Assembly: GCA_963802215.1 (NCBI GenBank)
Contig: CAWDHQ010000001.1
Location: 2,216,022 to 2,280,021, forward strand
Source: an uncultured Gammaproteobacteria bacterium
GTDB taxonomy: Bacteria > Pseudomonadota > Gammaproteobacteria > Steroidobacterales > GCA-2729495
Direction: 5' to 3'
DNA length: 64,000 nt
Of the stretch, positions 55,118 to 63,399 are shown one piece after another. Every line of letters begins with the position of its first letter. Within the stretch, counting starts at the first letter, position 1. Below the pieces are notes generated by a model that saw nothing but the letters and a program-made list of their open reading frames with translations, was not told the origin of the DNA and ran no database searches. Made by a program: the position numbers and the translations under genes.

Positions 55118-56479
55118 TTGAGCGCACGGAAGGGAGACCCATCTGTGCGCGCGATCATCGGTGCCCGCTTGCTGGCAAGCGGGGCCGCCCAGCCCAAGGC
55201 CAAACCGTTCGACATCCGGGATAGTCGCCTGGCGGGCTTCCTATTGCGCGTCCAGCCCTCCGGAGCACGGTCCTTCTGTGTCCAGCTCGGCAGGGGCAGA
55301 AGGCTGACCCTGGGCAAGGTGGGCCACCTGACCCCCGAGCAGGCGCGCCACCGGTGCGAGCAGGTGCTGGGGAACGTCGCCCACGGCCGGGAGCCGCTGG
55401 CGGGCCTGGATGGGGCCGCGCGGCTCAGCCTCGGGGAGTTCATCCGGAACCAGTACGAGCCCTGGATCCAGGCCAACCGGCCCCGGAACGCGGCATCCGC
55501 CCTGGCCCGGGTCGAGAACTGCTTTGGCCACTGGTACGACCAGCCCATGTGCGGCCTGTCCACCTACCAGCTCGAAGCCTGGAAGACGGGTCGCCTGGGG
55601 AAGGGCAAGCGGCCGGCTACCGTGCTCCGGGACCTGACCACGTTGTCAGGCATCCTGAGTTTCGCTGTCCGGCTGGGCCTTCTGGCTGACAACCCCATGC
55701 GGCGTGTCCTCAAGCCACGGCTGGACCGGACGCCCAATGTGCGGTTCCTGGACCCCGAGGAAGAGTCACGCCTCCGGTCGGCTCTGGAAGATCGGGACCA
55801 TCGCATCAGGGCCGCCCGGGAGTCCGGCAACGCCTGGCGGCGGGCCCGGAATCATGCGCCGCTGCCCAAGCTCACCGGCTTCGGCGACCACCTGACGCCC
55901 GCTGTCCTGGTCAGCCTCAACACGGGATTGCGCCGCGGCGAGTTGCTGGCGCTCTGCTGGCACGATATCAACCTGCGGCTGGCCGTGCTGTCGGTTCAGG
56001 CCACGTCGGCCAAGAGCGGGCAAACGCGCCACGTCCCCCTCAACGCCGAATGCATCGAGACCCTGAAACGCTGGCGGGACCAGAATCCGGATGCCAGTCC
56101 CCTCGACAAGGTGTTTGCGGTCAGCACCTCATTCAAGACCGCCTGGTCGGTGGTTCTGAAAGCGGCCGGTATCAAGAGATTCCGCTGGCACGACCTGCGC
56201 CACCACTTCGCCTCGCGGCTCGTCCAGGCCGACGTCAATCTCAATACCGTCCGGGAGCTGCTGGGTCACGGCTCACTGGCAATGACGCTGCGGTATGCGC
56301 ACCTGGGACCGGATCAAAAGCGTGAGGCCGTTGACCGGCTGTCCATGCGGCGGGAGGAACCGGCTGAAGCAAGGGCAACGGCAGCGCTGCTGGGATTTCC
56401 GCGAGCTGGCGAATTGCCACCGCCAGACTATTGCCTGCCACCCGCAGCCCGGGGCGGCCTGTCTGCGGCGCACCCTTGA
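55118..56479 (+). CDS. tyrosine-type site-specific integrase, P4-like (DUF4102 arm-binding N-terminus)
   Basis: FDIRDSRLAGFLLRVQPSGARSF N-terminal domain. Catalytic region TGLRRGEL, WHDLRHHFAS, LGHGSLAMTLRYAHL. Start is TTG 55118 or GTG 55144 (after GGGAGA). Confidence 0.88.
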   Translation: MSARKGDPSVRAIIGARLLASGAAQPKAKPFDIRDSRLAGFLLRVQPSGARSFCVQLGRGRRLTLGKVGHLTPEQARHRCEQVLGNVAHGREPLAGLDGAARLSLGEFIRNQYEPWIQANRPRNAASALARVENCFGHWYDQPMCGLSTYQLEAWKTGRLGKGKRPATVLRDLTTLSGILSFAVRLGLLADNPMRRVLKPRLDRTPNVRFLDPEEESRLRSALEDRDHRIRAARESGNAWRRARNHAPLPKLTGFGDHLTPAVLVSLNTGLRRGELLALCWHDINLRLAVLSVQATSAKSGQTRHVPLNAECIETLKRWRDQNPDASPLDKVFAVSTSFKTAWSVVLKAAGIKRFRWHDLRHHFASRLVQADVNLNTVRELLGHGSLAMTLRYAHLGPDQKREAVDRLSMRREEPAEARATAALLGFPRAGELPPPDYCLPPAARGGLSAAHP

Positions 56480-56488
56480 CCGCCTGCG

Positions 56489-56833
56489 TTACTGCCGCGC
56501 GGGCATACCGAGCGCGAGTGTCAATCCGTCGTCGATCTCGTCGGCTCCCAGAATTCCGTTCTGCAGCGCGTAGATCACGCTGAGGTCGACGGAACCCAGC
56601 ACGTACCGCTTGTAGAGGTCGCGCGAAACGCCATCGTGGAACTTGTGCACCGCCTCATTCAGATCGAACGCGCCGTTCTCCCTGCCTCCCCAACGCTCGA
56701 ACTCCTCGTAGAGATCGGTTAGTGCGGCGGTCAACTCCCGTGCATGGGCTGTCGCCGCCAGCTGGCGGAGCTGGGTCCGCTGGCTCTTGGTCAAAGATGA
56801 CACGGGGCAGGCAAAACCTTCACAAGATGTCAC
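56489..56833 (-). CDS. hypothetical protein (114 aa)
   Basis: Track ORF with a GTG start inside CTTAGGTG. Convergent with the integrase, 9 nt apart. Confidence 0.45.
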   Translation of the reverse strand: MTSCEGFACPVSSLTKSQRTQLRQLAATAHARELTAALTDLYEEFERWGGRENGAFDLNEAVHKFHDGVSRDLYKRYVLGSVDLSVIYALQNGILGADEIDDGLTLALGMPARQ

Positions 56834-56853
56834 CTAAGGACATAGCGATTGAG

Positions 56854-57258
56854 TTATGCGCCCTGGGCATGAATCGAAAGTGAGCGATCAATAGAATCCC
56901 AAGGACATGAAGACCCGTTCCAGGTTACGTGCGTAGGCTTAAACATGCTGGGGTCGTCAAGCGAAGCCGCATATACGAAGCACACATCCGGAAATGCCCT
57001 GACAGTGATCAGCGTCGGGCTGCCACACGTTGCACAGAAGCCCCGGGAAATCACGTTGCCGCTGCCGCCAGTAACGTCGTGGTAGTGGACATCCCCGCGT
57101 ATCGAACCGCCGCCCAGGCTGAACATTGCCAGCGGAGCGTGCCCAGAGCCCGTGGCGCGCTGGCAATCGCGGCACTGACAGAAATACGAGAACCTCGGCC
57201 CATCATGGAACTCGTACCGGATTGCACGGCAGGCGCAGCCACCGGTGAATGAAGCCAT
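56854..57258 (-). CDS. GFA-family (CENP-V/glutathione-dependent formaldehyde-activating-like) zinc protein
   Basis: GGCACRAIRYE, CQCRDCQR and CATCGSP Cys motifs characteristic of the GFA family. Confidence 0.8.
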   Translation of the reverse strand: MASFTGGCACRAIRYEFHDGPRFSYFCQCRDCQRATGSGHAPLAMFSLGGGSIRGDVHYHDVTGGSGNVISRGFCATCGSPTLITVRAFPDVCFVYAASLDDPSMFKPTHVTWNGSSCPWDSIDRSLSIHAQGA

Positions 57259-57316
57259 ACCTAGTGTCTCCTCTCGGCTGAACTATGGCGCAAAACGCCG
57301 CGGTCAGCCGACGACG

Positions 57317-57706
57317 CTATTTCGCTTTGAGTGCTGCCTGTACCCGAAGCCAGAGGTCGTCTGACATAGTGTTCTGCCACACTCCAGCGAGTAAGCCACG
57401 AAAGGCGCTGCTTTGCTGGGCCTCCTGCTCAACCAGCTCGATGAGCCGATTGCCGTGCTCCGCCAACAGATCCTCCAATGGACCCGCAGCCAGGCACTCC
57501 AACGCCTGGGTGGAGTGAGTTCGCTCAAGGATCTCCAGAACTACGCTCCAAGCCAATTCCGGGTCGTTGCGGCACAGAGCATCAAGCTGCTCCCAGACCC
57601 AGAACCTTTCGTCGGGGACCTGCGCCCGGCTTTTGGCCACCAGAGCAGGATCGGTATATCTCTCGATCCACGTCCGGATGAGTGTCTCTCGATCGAAGCG
57701 CTCCAT
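57317..57706 (-). CDS. hypothetical helical protein (129 aa)
   Basis: Track ORF with an ATG start. No family recognised with confidence. Confidence 0.5.
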   Translation of the reverse strand: MERFDRETLIRTWIERYTDPALVAKSRAQVPDERFWVWEQLDALCRNDPELAWSVVLEILERTHSTQALECLAAGPLEDLLAEHGNRLIELVEQEAQQSSAFRGLLAGVWQNTMSDDLWLRVQAALKAK

Positions 57707-57768
57707 CAGCTTACGCCGGCAAACGGTTGAGCTGAATGGGCCGCGCGCCGGTGAGTGGGCTTGGCACT

Positions 57769-58173
57769 TTATTCATTCCGGCTGCGCTCAAGCGAAGTGC
57801 TAGGCGGCAAACTGCCGTTGCTCCGTCGCCCGAAATACATTCCGATCACGATTGCGGCGATGAGCATTGGGATCAGAGCTGTCGCGTACGCAATCGGCGT
57901 GTAACTGGTACCGAGTTCGGCCCGAACGGCTTCCACGAAGCCTGGATCGTGAGCGTTATGCCACGCGCTCAGGAAACCGAGGACTCCCCACGCAGCCGGC
58001 AGCAAAGCCAGCCATGGACGCCAGAGACCCAACGTGAGAGCAAGCGCTCCCACGACTACCCCTTCACCCAGCATCCAATTCTGTGATGGCATCTTGTCGG
58101 AGATCCCAGCGATGGCAGAGATCGGCACAGTGATCCCGACAGTGAGCCCCCAAATTGAATGTTGTCGTTTCAT
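57769..58173 (-). CDS. hypothetical membrane protein
   Basis: Start taken at ATG 58173 (MKRQHSIWGLTVG). Four hydrophobic segments. Confidence 0.5.
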   Translation of the reverse strand: MKRQHSIWGLTVGITVPISAIAGISDKMPSQNWMLGEGVVVGALALTLGLWRPWLALLPAAWGVLGFLSAWHNAHDPGFVEAVRAELGTSYTPIAYATALIPMLIAAIVIGMYFGRRSNGSLPPSTSLERSRNE

Positions 58174-58293
58174 CAGCTCTCTCTTACCGAGCTTCGGTGC
58201 TTGCACCTAACCAGTCGCTGCACCAGTCGCATGACGCACCTGCCACGCGGCTTTCACCCGCAACCCGCGCGGCAGCCGCGATTCGCCGGCGAG

Positions 58294-58479
58294 TCACTGG
58301 TTGTCCGTCTCCGGCTTCTGCCATTCGCCACGCTCTTCCAGGACCTCTCGGTAGGCAATCTGCCCCTCCTCGTTGATGTAGCCGGTGTTCAACAACTGCC
58401 TGATCTTGTCCGATGGGAGCTTTCTATAACGTTCCTTGGCCCGCTCAATACCGTGGTACTTCTCGTCGCGCTTTGTCAC
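58294..58479 (-). CDS. small hypothetical protein (61 aa)
   Basis: Track ORF with a GTG start, highly charged sequence. Confidence 0.35.
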   Translation of the reverse strand: MTKRDEKYHGIERAKERYRKLPSDKIRQLLNTGYINEEGQIAYREVLEERGEWQKPETDNQ

Positions 58480-58587
58480 GGAACAGGCACCTAGCGCTTC
58501 GCATCAGCGACGCGCCGATGCCCCAACCCAGAACCCACTGCGGCAGACACGACTTTCACCTGCAACTCCGAAGGGTGCACTCAGCGT

Positions 58588-58872
58588 TCAACGCAACGAC
58601 TCTGAGTCTGCCTTGGCCTGCGCTGTTTGAAACGCCTCTTCCACGTAGTCTTGGACTCGTCGATATAGTGCCCGATCCGCAACGGCAGGTTCCATACGTT
58701 GCGCCACAAAGACGGCGTCTACGAAGGAGACGACGTTGTCCGGTGGCTTCTCGCAGAGTTCGTCGTACTGTTGCCAATCAAGACAGAATCCAAGGTCGAC
58801 GCACAGCTTACCGAGAAGCAACTCGACGTCCTCCGGGCGAAGGGCATTTGTCATCGGAGCCACGCTCTCCAT
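58588..58872 (-). CDS. hypothetical protein (94 aa)
   Basis: Track ORF. The ATG lies 8 nt downstream of a GTTAGGC core. Confidence 0.45.
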   Translation of the reverse strand: MESVAPMTNALRPEDVELLLGKLCVDLGFCLDWQQYDELCEKPPDNVVSFVDAVFVAQRMEPAVADRALYRRVQDYVEEAFQTAQAKADSESLR

Positions 58873-58903
58873 GAGGGTCGCCTAACCTTACCCTCTCGCA
58901 TAG

Positions 58904-59314
58904 TTATGTGCCGCCCTTTGTCGAGTGGGAACCAGGAGGGCGCAGGCCTCTTGAGCGTTCCACCTGCTTCTTGTGAAGCTGCCGGCACGCACGGCAACGA
59001 GCTGCCCGCTTGTACGCAGGCGCCTTTGCAACCTCGTACCACCACTTTTGTTGCGTTGACGTCCATACCTCTGACCGTCCACAGTCCCGGCAAGTGAACG
59101 GTTCGTCAACGTAATACCCGCGGACCAGAAAGAGCGGACGGCGCTTGAAGTGTGTGAGTGCCAACGGGTTCACACTAATGTCGACTTGTTGATTCCCGTG
59201 ACGGGCACGCGCAGCCCAAGTAGCTGCGGCCCTTTCTTCCTTGCGCGCCTTCTTGATGCTACGTACGAGCTTTCGAGTCGCCTTGGCTTGCTTGGATTCT
59301 GGCGCGCGCTTCAT
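58904..59314 (-). CDS. zinc-ribbon protein (CxxC ... CxxC)
   Basis: FTCRDCGRSEVWTSTQQKWWYEVAKAPAYKRAARCRACR resembles the probable zinc-ribbon family (CxDCG...EQ...RCxxCR). ATG at 59314 is preferred over 59362. Confidence 0.5.
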   Translation of the reverse strand: MKRAPESKQAKATRKLVRSIKKARKEERAAATWAARARHGNQQVDISVNPLALTHFKRRPLFLVRGYYVDEPFTCRDCGRSEVWTSTQQKWWYEVAKAPAYKRAARCRACRQLHKKQVERSRGLRPPGSHSTKGGT

Positions 59315-59336
59315 ACGGCGGGGCTGGAGCAAGCTC

Positions 59337-59777
59337 TCAAGCGCGACGGACGCGCGCGCCACGGCGCTGAACCGGACCGGTGGAGCGAATGGTTATGCCT
59401 GCGATGGCGCCAAACGAAAGGGCAACGGCTAGGCCCAGTGTGGCTCCCCATAGCACCTGGACGGTTCCAAATGCCGCTGATGATCCCAGCAATAAGCCAA
59501 GAATCGTCAGGGAACAGAAGAATGTGAGTATTCCTCCACAAATGCCAACAAGGGCGAGCGTCACTAGGTTCAACTGGCCAAAGTGTCGAAGGATAAGAAT
59601 GGCCGGCAACCCTATGAACAACATTCCGGCGTAAGAGCTACCGGCAACAAGGCCTACCGTCAGGAACCCCCATGAGAAGCCAACTCCGTTGGCGAGTTCC
59701 AAGCCACCCACGAGCAACGGTAGGACAGCCGGAGCCACGGCAGCTGCGAGTGAGGTACGACGTCTATCGAGTCGCAT
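59337..59777 (-). CDS. hypothetical membrane protein
   Basis: ATG at 59777 (MRLDRRRTSLAAAVAPAVLPLLVG). Four hydrophobic segments. The ATG is embedded in a GTTATGC core. Confidence 0.5.
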   Translation of the reverse strand: MRLDRRRTSLAAAVAPAVLPLLVGGLELANGVGFSWGFLTVGLVAGSSYAGMLFIGLPAILILRHFGQLNLVTLALVGICGGILTFFCSLTILGLLLGSSAAFGTVQVLWGATLGLAVALSFGAIAGITIRSTGPVQRRGARVRRA

Positions 59778-59860
59778 AACGTTGGAGGTGAGCGCCGCGC
59801 GCGCTGCTGTACGAACGTGCCACACGTCTTCCAAGTGCGCGCTCCAGCGAGGTGTCAGGC
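59774..59860 (-). repeat. probable attC site (87 nt) of the 59870..60229 cassette
   Basis: The plus strand reads GCATAAC...GTCAGGC. The 5-nt unpaired spacers are followed by the paired GAGCGC box with one extra base. Weaker than the sites further right. Confidence 0.45.
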
Positions 59861-59869
59861 GGCATGCGC

Positions 59870-60229
59870 TCAGCTATACGGGGCCTCGTCCGTGCGGACG
59901 AAAGCGCCGTCGCGGCTGTAAACAAAGATGTCCGGGTCTTGAAAGTTGTGAATGCAACCTTCAGAGAAGGTCTCTTCGACAAGATGGATGCTCACCCGAA
60001 ATGTACCATCAGGTGCAGCATCGAGCTCGAACTTGCAGGCGTGTTGACCGCCAGTGCAAACGTCCCGCTTTCTCGCCTGAGCATCCTCAAGTCCAGCAGC
60101 TTGCGCCGAATTACTAGGGATTGAGCTATCGCAGGAATAGTCGTTGCGGAGACGAGGAAATAGGTAGTCAATACAGATTGCGGCAATCACGAGGTTGATG
60201 GCGACCTTGATGGTCGTGCGTACGCTCAT
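59870..60229 (-). CDS. hypothetical protein with N-terminal TM helix (119 aa)
   Basis: Track ORF. The ATG is 6 nt from the GTTAGGC core. Confidence 0.5.
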   Translation of the reverse strand: MSVRTTIKVAINLVIAAICIDYLFPRLRNDYSCDSSIPSNSAQAAGLEDAQARKRDVCTGGQHACKFELDAAPDGTFRVSIHLVEETFSEGCIHNFQDPDIFVYSRDGAFVRTDEAPYS

Positions 60230-60235
60230 GGTGCC

Positions 60236-60369
60236 GCCTAACGGCTGAGTTCAGCGGCGGCACGCCAGCGCCATTTTGGCGCGCGGGCGCAACGCGCCCG
60301 CCCAGAAAGTGATGGCGCGCGCCCGCGCGCTAGCACTTTATGGGTCCCCGGAGAGTTCCTACGAAAAAG
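60236..60369 (-). repeat. attC of the ddl cassette, distal part (R' side), separated from its partner by the IS
   Basis: GCCTAAC-ggctga-GTTCAGCGG pairs with CCGCTGGAAC-gcctg-GTTAGCG at 61604-61628 (one extrahelical base). Confidence 0.6.
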
Positions 60370-60383
60370 TGGACACCCATGGG

Positions 60384-61268
60384 TTAGGTACATGTGCGTT
60401 CGAACTCGATCGGTGAGCGGTAGCCCAGGGCAGAGTGTAGTCGCACGCGGTTGTAGAAATCGACGTAGGAGCGGAGGGCCGAGCGCAGGGCACCGTCGCT
60501 GCTGAAGGTGTAGCGGTGGATCAGGTCGGACTTCAGGGACTTGAACATCGACTCCATGTGGGCGTTGTCGGTCATGCGGCGCGGGCGGTTCGTGCTCTGG
60601 CCCAGTCCGGCGCGGCGCAGGCTGGCGGTGTACTCGCCGGCCAGGTACTCAACGCCACGGTCACTGTGGAACAGGGTTCCCGGCCCCGGGCGGCGGGTCT
60701 GCAGGGCCTGACGCAGGGCGCGCCGGGTCAAGGCCGCCGTCTTCTCCGGGCCCAGGCTCCACCCCAACAGCCGCCGCGAGTAACGATCCATGACCGTCGC
60801 CAGGTAGCGCCACTCGGAGCGCACCTTGAGGTACGTCACGTCACCGACCCACACCTGGTCGGGTCGCTCGATGGTGGTGTTGAAGATCTGATTACCGACG
60901 CTGGCATAGAAGCGGCCCAGGCCCGGCAAGTGGCGATACAGGCGGGCCGAGCAGGCCCGGACGCCGTTCTCCCGCATCAAACGCTCGATCCGGCGGCGAC
61001 CCACGCGCTCACCGGCCTGGGTCAGCTCGGCGTGGATCCGGGGACTGCCGTAGGTCTCCCGGCTGGCCTGGTGCGCCGCCTGGATCTTCGCCACCAGTCT
61101 CTGATCCTCGGTGGCGCGCTCACTCGGTGGTCTGGCCCGCCACGCGTAGAAGCCGCTCGGGCTGACGCCATACAGCTGGCACATCGTCCTCACCGGGAAG
61201 AGCGCCTGGCAGTGCTCGATGAAGGCGAAGACGTCGCTTTTTGTTCGGAAGTGAACTCGATGGCTTTT
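60384..61268 (-). CDS. IS3 transposase OrfB (DDE/rve domain), expressed as OrfAB by -1 frameshift
   Basis: Track ORF 60384..61406. Has [16 protein letters not shown] and DNAHMES DDE motifs. Its frame is -1 relative to orfA at the TTAAAAAAAG site (61264-61272). Confidence 0.85.
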   Translation of the reverse strand, partial: KSHRVHFRTKSDVFAFIEHCQALFPVRTMCQLYGVSPSGFYAWRARPPSERATEDQRLVAKIQAAHQASRETYGSPRIHAELTQAGERVGRRRIERLMRENGVRACSARLYRHLPGLGRFYASVGNQIFNTTIERPDQVWVGDVTYLKVRSEWRYLATVMDRYSRRLLGWSLGPEKTAALTRRALRQALQTRRPGPGTLFHSDRGVEYLAGEYTASLRRAGLGQSTNRPRRMTDNAHMESMFKSLKSDLIHRYTFSSDGALRSALRSYVDFYNRVRLHSALGYRSPIEFERTCT

Positions 61269-61546
61269 TTTAAAATCTCGTGCTCGAGCTTCAGGCGCTC
61301 GTAATCCCGCTTCATGGCGCGCAGCGCCTTGAGCTCGGCGGCCGTGTCCTTGTCGATGGCGATCCCTTTGGTCACGATCAGGCCCTCGCGCGCTTGCTTG
61401 CGCCAACGAGACAACATGAACGGATGGATGTAAAGAGACTCGGCCACATCTTGCACGGCAACTCCGGGCAACTGGCTCAAACGCACGGCGGTCGCTTTGA
61501 ATCGGTCGCTGTACTTGTACGTCGTTCTCGGGCCTGGTCGTGGCAT
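61190..61546 (-). CDS. IS3 transposase OrfA (HTH)
   Basis: 118 aa, [23 protein letters not shown]... with a leucine-zipper-like tail, typical of IS3 OrfA. Confidence 0.85.
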   Translation of the reverse strand: MPRPGPRTTYKYSDRFKATAVRLSQLPGVAVQDVAESLYIHPFMLSRWRKQAREGLIVTKGIAIDKDTAAELKALRAMKRDYERLKLEHEILKKAIEFTSEQKATSSPSSSTARRSSR

Positions 61547-61583
61547 CTTGGGGTACTCCTGAAGGGTTAGTTCAGGGTGTCCA

Positions 61584-61628
61584 CTTAACCGAAGGAACTA
61601 TCGCGTCCGCTGGAACGCCTGGTTAGCG
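61584..61628 (-). repeat. attC of the ddl cassette, proximal part (R'' side)
   Basis: Ends in GTTAGCG (61622-61628), which contains the ddl TAA stop. AGGAACT here pairs with AGTTCCT on the other side of the IS. Confidence 0.6.
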
Positions 61629-62642
61629 GTCACTTTGCCTGCCTCTGCAGCTTGATATTGCCAATTGGCAAATGCGCTCGCACAACTCAGGGAAGTCAAT
61701 TCCGACCGCCTTTGCCGACTGTGGCAATAAACTCGTCGCAGTGAGCCCAGGAACACTATTGGCCTCCAAGCACCAGATTTGCCCCGCCTCATCCATTCGG
61801 AAGTCCACACGCGAGTAGCCGCCGAGCTTGAGAGCCTTGTGGACCCTAACTCCTAGCTCCTGAATCTCGCGTGTGGTGAATGGCGGAATGTCCGCCGGGA
61901 ATACTTCGCGAGCGCCACCGTGCTGATATTTGCTTGCGTAGTCGAAGATTTCCGTTGGCGCCACAATCTCGCCTACCGCGAGAGCCTGCCCATCAAGTAT
62001 TCCCACCGTGAACTCGCGACCCGGCACATACGCCTCAAGCATGACCTCACGACCAAACGTTGCTGCCTTGGACATCGCCGACTGGAGATCAGCGGCTTCG
62101 CGAACCAACGATAAGCCGATGGTGGACCCTTGGGCGTTGGGTTTAATGATAACGGGATACCCGAGGGTATTTGTTACCGTATCGTCGGGCGTGCACATCT
62201 GCCATGCCGGCGTCGGAACGCCAATCGCGACCATTAGACGTTTGGACACATCCTTGTCCATTGCGATCGCGCTGCCAACATGGCCTGACCCGGTGAATGG
62301 AATACGCAAAGCCTCCAACAAGGCTTGGAAGGTCCCGTCCTCACCCGTGCCCCCGTGCAGAGCGATGAAAACCAGATCGACATCTCGCAGTTCCGGCGAA
62401 CTAGCGACCGCTACCGGAGACTGGCTTCGCGCTTCTACCAGTGCGGTAGTTTCTGGCGGCTTGGTGAAGACCTCAAACCCCTCAAGTGCACGCTCTGCTT
62501 CTTTTGAAAGCACGCCCCTTGCCGTATCTACTGCGATGACGTTGTGGCCGGCAGCCCGAAGCCCGGAGATAACCTGAAGGCCACTAGCGATAGACACGTC
62601 ACGTTCCTCGCTAGAACCGCCAAAAAGCACCGCAACTCTCAC
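61623..62642 (-). CDS. ddl: D-alanine--D-alanine ligase (ATP-grasp)
   Basis: 339 aa with VAVLFGGSSEERDVS, IALHGGTGEDGT, PVIIKPNAQGSTIG, FDYASKY and LEANSVPGLT motifs collinear with E. coli DdlB. Confidence 0.9.
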   Translation of the reverse strand: MRVAVLFGGSSEERDVSIASGLQVISGLRAAGHNVIAVDTARGVLSKEAERALEGFEVFTKPPETTALVEARSQSPVAVASSPELRDVDLVFIALHGGTGEDGTFQALLEALRIPFTGSGHVGSAIAMDKDVSKRLMVAIGVPTPAWQMCTPDDTVTNTLGYPVIIKPNAQGSTIGLSLVREAADLQSAMSKAATFGREVMLEAYVPGREFTVGILDGQALAVGEIVAPTEIFDYASKYQHGGAREVFPADIPPFTTREIQELGVRVHKALKLGGYSRVDFRMDEAGQIWCLEANSVPGLTATSLLPQSAKAVGIDFPELCERICQLAISSCRGRQSDR

Positions 62643-62682
62643 GACGTAACACCGAGCATTGGATGAGGCGCCCGCACGTGAC

Positions 62683-62747
62683 CGCTAACGTCTACGCTGA
62701 CCGGCGCGTGCCCTTCGCCGCGCGACCGGTCGAGCGTTTGGTTAGAG
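62683..62747 (-). repeat. attC site (65 nt) of the brnT-brnA cassette, copy 1
   Basis: CGCTAAC-gtcta-CGCTGACCGGCGCG-loop-CGCGCGACCGGTCGAGCG-tttg-GTTAGAG. Core boxes, unpaired spacers and two extrahelical bases match the canonical attC architecture. Confidence 0.75.
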
Positions 62748-62982
62748 GCCGGTCCGAATGACGATCAGCATAGGTGTCCAGGAGGCTCCGAATCATTCTC
62801 TGATACGGCACCTTTGAGCGTGCGGCATGAGCCTTGAAGAAGTCGACGCTCTTCTTGCTGAGGGAAATGGTGACCTTGACCCCATCTTCCTTCAGGACCA
62901 GCTGGTCTGGGGGCGGAAGAAAGTCATCAATGACCTCCAGCCGGCCGAGCGGCTCATCTGGGTACTTTTGAATGCGCTTCAT
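62692..62982 (-). CDS. brnA: BrnA-type antitoxin (CopG/RHH)
   Basis: 96 aa. KVTISLSKKSVDFFKAHAARSKVPYQRMIRSLLDTYA matches the BrnA family. The C-terminal about 17 aa are encoded by the attC. Confidence 0.8.
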   Translation of the reverse strand: MKRIQKYPDEPLGRLEVIDDFLPPPDQLVLKEDGVKVTISLSKKSVDFFKAHAARSKVPYQRMIRSLLDTYADRHSDRPLTKRSTGRAAKGTRRSA

Positions 62983-63241
62983 AGAGTTTCCTGCCTCTGC
63001 GCCAGAAACCGGCGCCGATGATCCGGATGATGTTGCCTCGATAGGTGAACCTGACCGTCAGGACACCCTCCGATACGCGGCCGAAGCAGTAGTAGCGCTG
63101 CTCAGCCTGGCTGTGCCGCATGTCGCGGGCTATGACGCGGCCAGGATCAAGAAAGGCAATCTGGGCCTCGCCAAACGACACGCCGTGCTTTCGTTGATTC
63201 TCGGCATCCTTGGCCGGGTCCCAGTCGAAATCGGCTGCCAT
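62954..63241 (-). CDS. brnT: BrnT-type toxin (DUF497 ribonuclease)
   Basis: 95 aa. FDWDPAKDAENQRKHGVSFGEA and RIIGAGFWRRG are BrnT/DUF497 hallmarks. The toxin gene is upstream of the antitoxin, as in BrnTA. Confidence 0.85.
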   Translation of the reverse strand: MAADFDWDPAKDAENQRKHGVSFGEAQIAFLDPGRVIARDMRHSQAEQRYYCFGRVSEGVLTVRFTYRGNIIRIIGAGFWRRGRKLYEAHSKVPR

Positions 63242-63303
63242 GCTGGGAGCCTACCACCGGTATGGAGAAAGAGCCATACAACAGTATGGAATATGTGCGC
63301 GGC

Positions 63304-63399
63304 CTCTAACGTTCGAGGTAACCGGCGACCGGAGCGCGAAGCGCGGAGGGTACCGAGAAGCGCAGCTTCTCGGGCGTCCGGTTGACCGAGGGGTTAGGC
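63304..63399 (-). repeat. attC site (96 nt) of the VOC cassette
   Basis: CTCTAAC ... AACCGG ... CCGGTT ... GTTAGGC. The VOC gene TAA stop lies inside the GCCTAAC core (minus strand). Confidence 0.6.

Larger units (their letters stand above)
60370..61583 (-). mobile_element. IS3-family insertion sequence (about 1.2 kb)
   Basis: Terminal inverted repeats TGGACACCC at both ends (60370-60378 and 61575-61583), orfA/orfB with an A-AAA-AAA slippery site, and a DDE transposase. Confidence 0.85.

Noticed and set aside
55118-56479. Tyrosine recombinase as the integron integrase IntI of the adjacent cassette array.
   Set aside because: It is 453 aa with a P4/DUF4102-type N-terminal arm-binding domain. 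It is convergent with the cassettes rather than divergent, and no attI/Pc arrangement is apparent. IntI is expected at the other end of the array.
58880-58909. Very short RYYYAAC...GTTRYRY pairs (58880-58909, 56832-56859, 57708-57731) as attC sites.
   Set aside because: Spacing of only 24-30 nt is far below the known attC length range and no L-box pairing is possible. They are probably decayed remnants or chance combinations of a cassette-start core and a stop-codon context. Likewise 58489-58592 and 59310-59398 have core-like ends but their arms are not complementary.
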